A stretch of DNA of 63,992 nucleotides, the filler included, from an uncultured bacterium (GTDB lineage: Bacteria; CAYSBA01), in the NCBI GenBank assembly GCA_964429075.1. It is 8 parts of 8 records of this genome, joined end to end, with 100 filler letters (N's around TTAATTAATTAA, not from the genome) between each part and the next. Parts side by side here need not be neighbours in the genome. Positions count along the whole stretch, not along the records: positions 1 to 8,576 come from CAYSBA010000039.1; 7 more parts are not named here. One strand, written 5' to 3'. This document shows positions 1 to 8,676 of the stretch, piece by piece (the stretch's first letter is position 1; the number at the start of each line of letters is the position of its first letter). Under the pieces are notes generated by a model, which saw only the letters and a program-made list of their open reading frames with translations, searched no databases and had not been told where the DNA came from. Position numbers and translations under genes: made by a program.

Positions 1-84
1 TAATAATTTATAGTAATAATGTATTAAGACAAAATGGGTATTGTATTGACAAGTTAAAAGTTTTATAGCATAGACTTTGCTACT

Positions 85-1137
85 ATGTGGATACTGATAA
101 TAATCTTGAAGGTAATCCTTGCCTTCACTTTTGTGATGGCGCTTACTACACTCCTTACACTTGCAGAAAGGAAACAAAGCGCATGGATGCAGGACAGAAT
201 AGGTCCAAACAGGGCGGAGATTTTAGGATTTACCCTTGGAGGTCTCTTTCATCCGATAGCAGATGCGATTAAGCTAATTACAAAAGAGGATTTTGTACCA
301 GAAGAGGGCAATTCATTTATTCACACCCTTGCACCTTTTTTTATGATGGTACCAGTACTGGCAATGATATCTGCCTTCCCCTTTGCTTCTGGTGATTTTT
401 ACATATCAAACATAGACATTGGCATCCTCTTTGTTCTTGCAATGGCCTCTATGACCGTCTATGGTGCAGTCCTTGCCGGCTATGGCTCAAACAACAAATT
501 TGCGATCCTCGGTTCTTTAAGGGCAGCCTCTCAAATGCTCTCCTATGAGCTTGTAATGGGCCTCTCTGTAATCGGTATAATCCTTTGTATGGGTACACTA
601 AACCCTGTTGAGATGGCACAGTACCAGCAACACATGATATTGGGTTTTATTCCAAGGTGGGGTGTTTTGATTCAGCCAGTCGGTTTTATACTCTTTTTAA
701 CAGCAGCAATTGCAGAAAACAAGCGTACACCTTTTGATCTTCCTGAGGGTGAATCAGAGATAATCGGATACTTCATCGAGTATTCAGGGATCAGATGGGG
801 TATGTTCTTTATTGGAGAATTTGCTGAGATTGTAATAATCTCTATGTTAATTACAACACTCTTTTTTGGTGCATATAATATCCCCTTTCTGTATAACGAT
901 GGTTTTCATTTTGGCAACACCATCTTTATTCTACCTCACTGGCTCGTTATCATCCTTCAGATCCTCTCATTTATTTTCAAGGTTATCTTCTTTTCCGCAT
1001 TTCAACTCCTTATAAGATGGACCCTTCCAAGATTTCGCTTCGACCAGATTTTGAGACTATGTTGGAAGTACCTGTTTCCTATTGCTGTTTCAAATCTAAT
1101 AGTTACTGCCTTTGTAGTTACATTAATTAACAGTTAA
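85..1137 (+). CDS. nuoH: NADH-quinone oxidoreductase subunit H (orphan paralog)
   Basis: ERK..A.MQDRIGPNR, ADAIKLITKED, ENKRTPFDLPEGESE, RWTLPRFRFDQ motifs; multiple TM helices. Confidence 0.95.
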   Translation: MWILIIILKVILAFTFVMALTTLLTLAERKQSAWMQDRIGPNRAEILGFTLGGLFHPIADAIKLITKEDFVPEEGNSFIHTLAPFFMMVPVLAMISAFPFASGDFYISNIDIGILFVLAMASMTVYGAVLAGYGSNNKFAILGSLRAASQMLSYELVMGLSVIGIILCMGTLNPVEMAQYQQHMILGFIPRWGVLIQPVGFILFLTAAIAENKRTPFDLPEGESEIIGYFIEYSGIRWGMFFIGEFAEIVIISMLITTLFFGAYNIPFLYNDGFHFGNTIFILPHWLVIILQILSFIFKVIFFSAFQLLIRWTLPRFRFDQILRLCWKYLFPIAVSNLIVTAFVVTLINS

Positions 1138-1140
1138 AAG

Positions 1141-1677
1141 ATGCCAAATAAAAAAGGTCTGATATATCTTTTTACCGGTCATGGCAAAGGCAAGACCTCT
1201 GCTGCCCTTGGAATGGCCTTAAGATCTATTGGCTGGGGATACAGGGTAAGGATCATACAATTTATGAAAAGTACCACAAAATATGGTGAGAATCGTGCAA
1301 AGAAACTTCTTGGAGATCTGCTTGAAATCGATGTATGTGGTGCTGGTTTCTACGGTATCAAGGGTGATGTGGCTACCGAACAGGAACACAAAGAGGCTGC
1401 CCACAAAGCACTTTTGCTTGCCGAAAAGGTCCTTACTGAGGGCAATTATCACCTTGTAATACTCGATGAGATAAACAATACCGTGCACCTTGGACTCCTC
1501 GATCAACAGGATGTCATTTCAGTTTTGGAAAAGAGAAAAGAGGGAGTCCATGTGGTACTAACAGGAAGAGATGCCCCTCCTCTTTTTGAAAAGATAGCAG
1601 ATCTCGTTACTGAGATGAGAGAGATAAAACACCCCTTTTACAGAGGTATTCCTGCAGCAAGAGGACTTGATTATTAG
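1141..1677 (+). CDS. cobO: cob(I)yrinic acid a,c-diamide adenosyltransferase (CobO/BtuR)
   Basis: TGHGKGKTSAALG, IQFMK, ILDEIN, VVLTGR, ADLVTEMREIKHP, RGLDY. Confidence 0.92.
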   Translation: MPNKKGLIYLFTGHGKGKTSAALGMALRSIGWGYRVRIIQFMKSTTKYGENRAKKLLGDLLEIDVCGAGFYGIKGDVATEQEHKEAAHKALLLAEKVLTEGNYHLVILDEINNTVHLGLLDQQDVISVLEKRKEGVHVVLTGRDAPPLFEKIADLVTEMREIKHPFYRGIPAARGLDY

Positions 1678-1701
1678 ATCGAATCTTCCTATCTATTACA
1701 T

Positions 1702-2493
1702 ATGAATTACTCTTTTTACCAAAGGATAGCCAATCTTATAAAGGAACGAAGGACATTTGTCATAGTTAAGATCATAGACACAAAGGGTTCAACCCCCAGA
1801 GAGAGTGGTACAGGTATGATCGTTTATCCTGACAGAAAAAGAGAATTTACCATAGGCGGTGGTCCCCTGGAGGCGATGGTAATCACAGATGCTTTAGAGA
1901 TTATAGAAAACAGAGGTCCCCTTTTTGTTGAAAAGGAGTATCAACTCACTGAAGATAGCATAAAGAGCTTCTGTGGGGGGAAGGTACGGTGTCTGTTTGA
2001 GTTGATACGGCCAGAAAAAAGATTAATAATATATGGTGCAGGGCCTGTAGGGGTTGCGATCGCAAAGGCTGCCCTTTTGACTGAGAGATTTTCAGTTGTT
2101 TTGATAGACGATAGAAAAGATATTGGTAATCAACTCGATATTAATGATCCTCTCTTTAGTTTTTATCTGGCTGATGAAAATTTTAAAGGCGATATCATAC
2201 TACCCGAACAAAACGATTTTTGTGTTGTGGTAACTCGCTGTCATGAAATTGATTTTTCTCTCTGCAAAAGAATCCTCCCACAACGACCAAAATTTATCGG
2301 AGTAGTTGGAAGTAAAAGAAAGGCAAAGCACCTTCATAACTTTTTGAAAACACATGGATTTGATGATGCAAACATAGCAAAAATAGACTGTCCATGCGGG
2401 ATTGAAGGTATAGGTAAAGAGCCAGGGAGTATTGCTATCTCTGTTGTTGCAAAAATGTTGATTACACAAAAGGAAGATGGAAAAAAAAGGTAA
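1702..2493 (+). CDS. XdhC/CoxI family molybdoenzyme maturation factor
   Basis: GSTPRE, TIGGG.LE, CGG; C-terminal IYGAG, VVTR.H..D, IGVVGSKRK, GKEP..IA.S. Confidence 0.88.
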   Translation: MNYSFYQRIANLIKERRTFVIVKIIDTKGSTPRESGTGMIVYPDRKREFTIGGGPLEAMVITDALEIIENRGPLFVEKEYQLTEDSIKSFCGGKVRCLFELIRPEKRLIIYGAGPVGVAIAKAALLTERFSVVLIDDRKDIGNQLDINDPLFSFYLADENFKGDIILPEQNDFCVVVTRCHEIDFSLCKRILPQRPKFIGVVGSKRKAKHLHNFLKTHGFDDANIAKIDCPCGIEGIGKEPGSIAISVVAKMLITQKEDGKKR

Positions 2494-2656
2494 CAAAAAA
2501 AAGAGACTACTTCGCTGCCCTGTATGTAAAAAAGAGGTCAAAAGGGAGAATAAAGATTTTCCCTTTTGTAGTAAAAGGTGCAGGGAGATAGATCTCGGGA
2601 ACTGGTTGCTTGAGGATTATCGCATCAGTACGCCAATCAAAGAGAATAAAGATTAA
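2477..2656 (+). CDS. yacG: DNA gyrase inhibitor YacG (59 aa, absent from the ORF track)
   Basis: Manual translation MEKKGNKKKRLLRCPVCKKEVKRENKDFPFCSKRCREIDLGNWLLEDYRISTPIKENKD; CPxC...FPFCSxRCxxIDLGxW signature. Confidence 0.92.
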   Translation: MEKKGNKKKRLLRCPVCKKEVKRENKDFPFCSKRCREIDLGNWLLEDYRISTPIKENKD

Positions 2657-2710
2657 TTAATCCTATTTTTCCTTGCACTACACAATTTTTTGAAGTATTA
2701 ACATGTTTAA

Positions 2711-4270
2711 ATGAAAAGACTACCTTATTATTTTCTTTCAGTTATATCTGGAGTTTTATGTTCTTTTGGGTTGCCCCTGGTCATACCTTATATCTCAGAG
2801 ACACCCATCAATGACTCTATTTTTTTTAGCCTTTTCCCCGTTGCCGGTATATGTCTGCTTTATGCATTAACAAAGAATAAAAATCCAAAAGAGGTCTTCT
2901 GGAGCGCCTTTGTTGCATCCATATCCTATTATATGGTGGTTCTATACTGGATAAATATAGCAATCGTTGTGTTTGGCCATGTAAACATAGCACTGTCACT
3001 CTTTGCATATCTACTTCTCTGTCTTTATTGCACGCTCTTCTGGAGCAGCTCCTTCTGGTTATGGAGAAAGATAGAGATCAATCTCCCCTTATCAGGCAAT
3101 CTTGTTATAGCCTTTGTCTTTGTAGGTCTTGAGTTTTTACGAAACTACCTCTTTACAGGCTTCCCCTGGGGACAGATTGGTTACTCAGGTTACAGGACTT
3201 TTTATATAAGGGTAGTAGCCTCAATGGGAGGCGTCTATCTTATTACATTTATCTATATACTTTTTTCTACATCTATCATAGATATCCTGACAAAAAAGCA
3301 TAAAAAATTCGCTTTTTTAGGTGCGGGGTTGTCCATTTCTATAGTTATATTATCTATCTTTATGTGGAATATCCTCCCTGAAAAAAATGTTACCAATCTT
3401 AAGGTAGCGATCCTACAAGGAAATGTGGAGCAGGGAATCAAGAATAAATGGAGACTCTATTCAAATCAGATATTAAAGCGCTATTTAAGATTACTCGATG
3501 AGGCCTCATCAAAAGAGGTTGATCTTGCAGTCTGGCCAGAGGCATCAGTCCCCCAACAGATTCCACTCTACACCAAGAGGCTGAGCCTATTAGCTGACCG
3601 TGTTGACTGGCAGGTGTTAGGAGTCATTGGTACTGAAAAAAGGGATAAAATCTACAGGATATATAACAGTAGTATTTCAATAAACAGGGATGGAGAGATA
3701 ACGGGATGGTATCATAAGAGCCACCTTGTACCATTTGGAGAGTATGTGCCTCTTAGGTGGTTACTCCCTGTAAACAAGATTGTGCCGGGGATGATGGATA
3801 TGACCCCTGGCAGAGATATTCATCCTATTAAAATAGGTAATATCAGATCTGGTATCCTTATATGCTATGAGGGGATATTCCCTGAGATATCAAGACAGTT
3901 CACAAAAAGAGGAGCAGATCTTATGATAAACATTACTAATGATGCCTGGTATGGTATCTCTTCTGCACCATATCAGCACCTTGCCTTTTATCAGTTCCGC
4001 GCAGTGGAAAATGGGTTATCAATAATAAGGGCAGCAAACACAGGTGTATCTGCCTACATAGATGAAAAAGGTAACATCCTAAAACGCTCTAAAATCTTTA
4101 GCACCCTTATACTTGTTAATGACGATTTTAAAATAAGAAAAAAAGTAACTCTTTATACCTATCTTGGTGACTGGATTGGTGAATACGGATTAATCCTTAC
4201 AATCTTTGCAATAGGTGCCAACTTTTGGAAAAGATCATCAAAGTCCTCGCAAAATAGACATCAGACCTGA
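2711..4270 (+). CDS. lnt: apolipoprotein N-acyltransferase
   Basis: TM N-terminus, GFPW, QGNV, catalytic triad in WPEAS / YHKSHLVPFGEY / ICYE, TNDAWYG, RAANTG. Confidence 0.95.
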   Translation: MKRLPYYFLSVISGVLCSFGLPLVIPYISETPINDSIFFSLFPVAGICLLYALTKNKNPKEVFWSAFVASISYYMVVLYWINIAIVVFGHVNIALSLFAYLLLCLYCTLFWSSSFWLWRKIEINLPLSGNLVIAFVFVGLEFLRNYLFTGFPWGQIGYSGYRTFYIRVVASMGGVYLITFIYILFSTSIIDILTKKHKKFAFLGAGLSISIVILSIFMWNILPEKNVTNLKVAILQGNVEQGIKNKWRLYSNQILKRYLRLLDEASSKEVDLAVWPEASVPQQIPLYTKRLSLLADRVDWQVLGVIGTEKRDKIYRIYNSSISINRDGEITGWYHKSHLVPFGEYVPLRWLLPVNKIVPGMMDMTPGRDIHPIKIGNIRSGILICYEGIFPEISRQFTKRGADLMINITNDAWYGISSAPYQHLAFYQFRAVENGLSIIRAANTGVSAYIDEKGNILKRSKIFSTLILVNDDFKIRKKVTLYTYLGDWIGEYGLILTIFAIGANFWKRSSKSSQNRHQT

Positions 4271-5575
4271 TCCACCAAGTGATTTAAAGCGTTTTAACAT
4301 CTTTTTCATCTCTTTAAATTGTCTTATCAGATTGTTAACATCCTGAACAGTCGTTCCGCTTCCTTTTGCTATCCTTCTTTTTCTGCTTGCATTTAGTATT
4401 TCTATCTTTCTCCTCTCAAGGGGTGTCATGGAGTTTATTATTGCTTCAATCTTTTTCAATTCTTCGTCTGGCGGTGCAAGTTTTTCCAGCTGTTTCATCT
4501 TCAAAGACATACCAGGAATGAGCTTCATAAGTTCCTGCAGGGATCCCATCTTCTTTATCATCTTTATCTGTTCTCTGAAGTCTTCAAGGGAATAATCCTT
4601 GGAAAATACCCTTTTTTGCATCTTTCTCGCCCGATCTGTATCCACAACCTTCTGCGCCTTTTCTACCAGAGTTACGATGTCACCCATGTTCAGTATCCTC
4701 GAGGCAATACGATCTGCCCTGAAGACCTCTATCTGATCGAGTTTCTCACCGGTTGTGCAGAACTTTATTGGGGCACCCACCACAGATTTGATTGATAGAG
4801 CAGCTCCACCTCTTGCATCTCCATCTGTCTTTGTTAAAATTACACCTGTGATACCGAGTCGTCCGTGAAATTCTCTGGCAACATTTACTGCGTTCTGGCC
4901 GGTCATTGCATCAACAACAAGTAGCTTTTCAGCAGGATCTGTAACAGCCTGAAGTATCTCAAGTTCCTGCATCAACTCCTCATCTATCTGTAATCTACCA
5001 GCCGTATCAACAATTAGGGTATCATATCCCCATGTGCTTGCCTCCTCTAAGGCTTCTTTGCAGATCTGTTCAGGTAGTTGATCTGGCTTTACCGGATGGA
5101 CTGAAACACCTGCCTGTTCGGCAAGTCTGTTAAGCTGATCGATTGCAGCAGGCCTATAGATGTCTGCAGGCACAAGATAGGTAAGTCTCTTGTAATCCTC
5201 CTTCAGAAGCTTTGCAAGCTTGGCTGCAGTTGTGGTCTTACCACTACCCTGAAGACCAAAAAGCAATATTACAACAGGAGGCTTTCTCTTTATATTCAGT
5301 TGTGGAGCAGAATCCCCCAAAAAATATACAAGCTCATCATAAACTATCTTAACAAACTTTTGATAAGGCGTTACACTCTCAATAACCTCTGTCCCAAGGG
5401 CCTTTTCTTTTACCCTTGAAACAAAATCCATTACCACATGGTAGTTAACATCAGATTCGAGTAGGTTTAGTTTTACATCGTTTACTGCTTTTTCGATATT
5501 TGATGGTGTAAGTTTACCAACACCACGCAGTTTTCTAAAGGTTCTGTTCAGTCTCTCACCAAGACCATCAAACAT
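4238..5575 (-). CDS. ffh: signal recognition particle protein Ffh
   Basis: GLQGSGKTT, DIYRPAA, DTAGR, TKTDGDARGG; M-domain SMTPLER...SRKRRIAKGSG. Confidence 0.97.
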   Translation of the reverse strand: MFDGLGERLNRTFRKLRGVGKLTPSNIEKAVNDVKLNLLESDVNYHVVMDFVSRVKEKALGTEVIESVTPYQKFVKIVYDELVYFLGDSAPQLNIKRKPPVVILLFGLQGSGKTTTAAKLAKLLKEDYKRLTYLVPADIYRPAAIDQLNRLAEQAGVSVHPVKPDQLPEQICKEALEEASTWGYDTLIVDTAGRLQIDEELMQELEILQAVTDPAEKLLVVDAMTGQNAVNVAREFHGRLGITGVILTKTDGDARGGAALSIKSVVGAPIKFCTTGEKLDQIEVFRADRIASRILNMGDIVTLVEKAQKVVDTDRARKMQKRVFSKDYSLEDFREQIKMIKKMGSLQELMKLIPGMSLKMKQLEKLAPPDEELKKIEAIINSMTPLERRKIEILNASRKRRIAKGSGTTVQDVNNLIRQFKEMKKMLKRFKSLGGSGLMSILRGL

Positions 5576-5590
5576 AACTTTTTACCTACC

Positions 5591-6805
5591 CTATTTTTTC
5601 AGGCTTGCCAGATATCTCTCTGCCTCAATTGCAGCCATACAGCCCATCCCTGCAGCAGTTACTGCCTGCCTGTAATCTGGATCACAGACATCACCACATG
5701 CATATACACCTTCAAGATTGGTCTTTACCCTACCGTCTTCTGTCTTTATATATCCCCTTTCATCAAGAGGCAGGATATCAGCAAAGGGCTCGGTGTTGGG
5801 CTTATGACCAATTGCGATAAAGATCCCATCAAAATTTTCTTCCGTGATCTCACCTGTCTTTGTATCTTTCAGTTTTGCACCTGTTACCTTCATCCCATCA
5901 CCAAGCACCTCTTCTACAACCTTATTCAACCGAAACTCTATCTTTGGATTCTCTTTGAGACGGGTCTGCATTATTTGACTCGCCCTGAGTTCATCCCTTC
6001 TATGAATCAAAACTACCTTTGATGCAAAACGTGTCAAAAATAGTGCTTCCTCTGCAGCCGTATCACCCCCACCCACAACTGCAACCTTCTGGTCTCTAAA
6101 GAAAAATCCATCGCATGTTGCGCAGGCACTCACGCCTTTGCCCTTGTATTTAGCTTCAGACTCAATACCAAGATACTTAGCACTGGCACCAGTTGCGATT
6201 ATTAAAACCCTGCAAATAATTATATCCTTATTTGAGAGCTCCACTATCTTCAGTCTGCTATCCCTGTCAAATTCAACCTTCTGCACCATCGAAGACTTAA
6301 ATCTTGCACCAAATCTCCTCGCCTGTTTCCTCATACGGTCCATCAAAACAGGTCCATCTATCCCCTCCTCAAAACCTGGATAATTTTCCACCTCACTTGT
6401 GGTTGTAAGCTGCCCCCCGGGCTCAAGACCATCAATCACAAGGGGATTTAGCATTGCTCTCGATGCGTAAATAGCTGCAGTCAAGCCGGCCGGCCCTGAC
6501 CCTACAATCAATACCCTTTCCACAGATACATCTGTATCAGGTTTTTTGACATCCAAAAGCTCACCAAGCTTACCGGAGTCTATCATCTTCTTCAGATCAT
6601 CAAAACCTCCTATGTGCCTGCCCTTTATAAATATTTGTGGAACTGTAGTCCTTCCTCCAGATTCCTCTTTCATTCTTTCAAAAGTATCTTTATCTTTTGA
6701 TACATCTAATCTCTCAATATCCTCAATCCCGCAATGGCTGAGAAGCAGTATCGCAGCCTTACAGTATGGACAGTTTGGTTTGCTATAGATCTTTACATCT
6801 GACAT
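5591..6805 (-). CDS. trxB: glutaredoxin-thioredoxin reductase fusion
   Basis: N-terminal Grx (CPYC, TVPQIF, IGG) then GSGPAG, GGQL, CATCDG, GGGDTA, HRRD, GDV...YRQAVTAAG. Confidence 0.92.
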   Translation of the reverse strand: MSDVKIYSKPNCPYCKAAILLLSHCGIEDIERLDVSKDKDTFERMKEESGGRTTVPQIFIKGRHIGGFDDLKKMIDSGKLGELLDVKKPDTDVSVERVLIVGSGPAGLTAAIYASRAMLNPLVIDGLEPGGQLTTTSEVENYPGFEEGIDGPVLMDRMRKQARRFGARFKSSMVQKVEFDRDSRLKIVELSNKDIIICRVLIIATGASAKYLGIESEAKYKGKGVSACATCDGFFFRDQKVAVVGGGDTAAEEALFLTRFASKVVLIHRRDELRASQIMQTRLKENPKIEFRLNKVVEEVLGDGMKVTGAKLKDTKTGEITEENFDGIFIAIGHKPNTEPFADILPLDERGYIKTEDGRVKTNLEGVYACGDVCDPDYRQAVTAAGMGCMAAIEAERYLASLKK

Positions 6806-6833
6806 CTATGTCTCTCCCTAATAAATTTAAATG

Positions 6834-6863
6834 AATGTAAGTCACAAGACCTTGAGATGTCAA
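6834..6863 (-). promoter_or_regulatory. putative sigma70 promoter of grx-trxB/ffh
   Basis: minus-strand TTGACA (6863-6858), 18 bp spacer, TACATT (6839-6834). Confidence 0.45.
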
Positions 6864-6866
6864 GCC

Positions 6867-8234
6867 TTATGCAATCCACAGAGTCTTTATGTTTACAAAC
6901 TCCCTTATTCCCTCCTGTGAGAGTTCCCTGCCATAACCAGACATCTTAACACCACCAAAAGGCAGTCGCGGATCGGATTTTACAAGTCCATTTATAAATA
7001 CCGATCCTGCCTCAATATTCCTCGCCAGATCCACTGCCTTTTCTAAATCCTTTGTCCAGATAGAGCATCCAAGACCATACCTTGAGGAGTTTGCAACATC
7101 CAGCGCCTCATTCACATCCTTTACCTTACAGATGGCAGCCACAGGACCAAAAGTCTCTTCTGTAAAGACCCTTGTTTCTCTTGTATGGTCTTCTACAAGA
7201 GTGACAGGGAAATAATATCCTTTTTCCATTGATAATTTTGTTGACATCAGTCTTTTTGCACCTCTATGCAGACTATCTGTGACCTGTGCTGATAATTCTT
7301 CCCTAAGATCAGCCCTTGCCAATGGCCCTACTTGAGTCTGTTGTTCTCTCGGATCTCCAACTACCAACGCTGACAGCTCCTTAATAAATTTTTCAAGAAA
7401 TAGATCGTATACCTCTTCAGTCACAATAAAACGTTTTGCAGCAATACAGCTCTGACCAGAATTTATTGTCCTTGCTAAAGCCGCTATCTTCGCTGCCCTA
7501 TCGAGATCTGCATCATCAAGGACAATGAAGGCATCACTCCCACCAAGCTCCATAACAGTCTTTTTTATCTGAGACCCTGCAATTGATGCAACACTCGCTC
7601 CTGCCTTTTCACTACCTGTAAGGGTTGCCGCCTTTATCCTGCTGTCACATATCACTTTTTCAACCTTGCCTGCATCTATAATTAGGGTAGAAAAACAACC
7701 TTCTGGTAATCCTGCAAGTCTAAATACCTCTTCAATAGCAAGGGCACAACCTGTCACATTTGATGCATGTTTTAATATACCTGTATTCCCGGCCATAAGG
7801 GCAGGTGCTGCAAAACGAAAAACCTGCCAAAAGGGGAAGTTCCATGGCATCACTGCTAAAACAGGTCCGATTGGATCGTAAACAACCATGCTCTCTGAAG
7901 CATCTGTCCTGACCATTCTATCCTTAAGGAACTCTTCTGCTTTTTCTGCATAAAATTCACATACCCATGCACACTTTTCTATCTCTGCCACTGCCTGGGT
8001 TATCGGTTTACCCATCTCTTTGGTCATAAGAAGGGCATAACGATCTTTATGCTCAAGAAGTACATCTCTTGCCTTAAGTAATAAAGATGACCTCTCGTTG
8101 AAGCTCCTTTTCCGCCAGTCTCTAAAGGCCCTTTCTGATCTTTCGATATATGAATCTATCTTAGAATTATCAAATTCCTCATACTCTGCAAAGACCTCTT
8201 CTGTGGAAGGATCAATACTTTTCAGTAACTTCAT
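6867..8234 (-). CDS. gabD: NAD(P)-dependent succinate-semialdehyde dehydrogenase (Sad/SsaD type)
   Basis: MPWNFPFWQVFRF, LKHASN, TGS, MELGGSDAF, NSGQSCIAAKRF, EETFGP, PFGGVK.SGYGREL; start placed at second Met after GAGG. Confidence 0.85.
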   Translation of the reverse strand: MKLLKSIDPSTEEVFAEYEEFDNSKIDSYIERSERAFRDWRKRSFNERSSLLLKARDVLLEHKDRYALLMTKEMGKPITQAVAEIEKCAWVCEFYAEKAEEFLKDRMVRTDASESMVVYDPIGPVLAVMPWNFPFWQVFRFAAPALMAGNTGILKHASNVTGCALAIEEVFRLAGLPEGCFSTLIIDAGKVEKVICDSRIKAATLTGSEKAGASVASIAGSQIKKTVMELGGSDAFIVLDDADLDRAAKIAALARTINSGQSCIAAKRFIVTEEVYDLFLEKFIKELSALVVGDPREQQTQVGPLARADLREELSAQVTDSLHRGAKRLMSTKLSMEKGYYFPVTLVEDHTRETRVFTEETFGPVAAICKVKDVNEALDVANSSRYGLGCSIWTKDLEKAVDLARNIEAGSVFINGLVKSDPRLPFGGVKMSGYGRELSQEGIREFVNIKTLWIA

Positions 8235-8250
8235 AAGCCTCTCCATAAAA

Positions 8251-8576
8251 TTATTCCATAAGATTCATACTGCTTAATTTTAAATTTTCTGAATAGTCCA
8301 CCTTGACTTCAACCACCACAGGGGTATCTGAATTTAATGCCTCTCTAATTGTAGGTTCAAACTCTTCAGCAGATTCTACTTTTAGCCCCTTGCAACCAAA
8401 GGACTCCGCAAGCCTTGAAAAATCCGGGTTCTTAAAATCGTTATAGACTGATCTATTGTAGGCTGAAAGTTGTTTCCACTTTATAAGACCATAGGAACCA
8501 TCTACCCATACAAGAAATACAGCAGGGATGTTGTACTGTACAGCAGTAGCAAGCTCCTGTACATTCATTAAAAATC
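8251..8576 (-). CDS. ThDP-dependent enzyme, acetolactate synthase-like, possibly 2-oxoglutarate decarboxylase (3' fragment, cut by contig end)
   Basis: MNVQELATA, DGSYGLIKWKQ, NPDF..LAESFG, VDYSEN; ends just upstream of SSADH. Confidence 0.75.
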
Positions 8577-8676
8577 NNNNNNNNNNNNNNNNNNNNNNNN
8601 NNNNNNNNNNNNNNNNNNNNTTAATTAATTAANNNNNNNNNNNNNNNNNNNNNNNNNNNNNNNNNNNNNNNNNNNN
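8577..8676. other. artificial contig linker
   Basis: 44 N + TTAATTAATTAA + 44 N. Confidence 0.98.

Noticed and set aside
4238-4270. 33-bp convergent overlap of lnt and ffh
   Set aside because: Short tail overlaps are common in compact genomes, and there is no evidence of a function.
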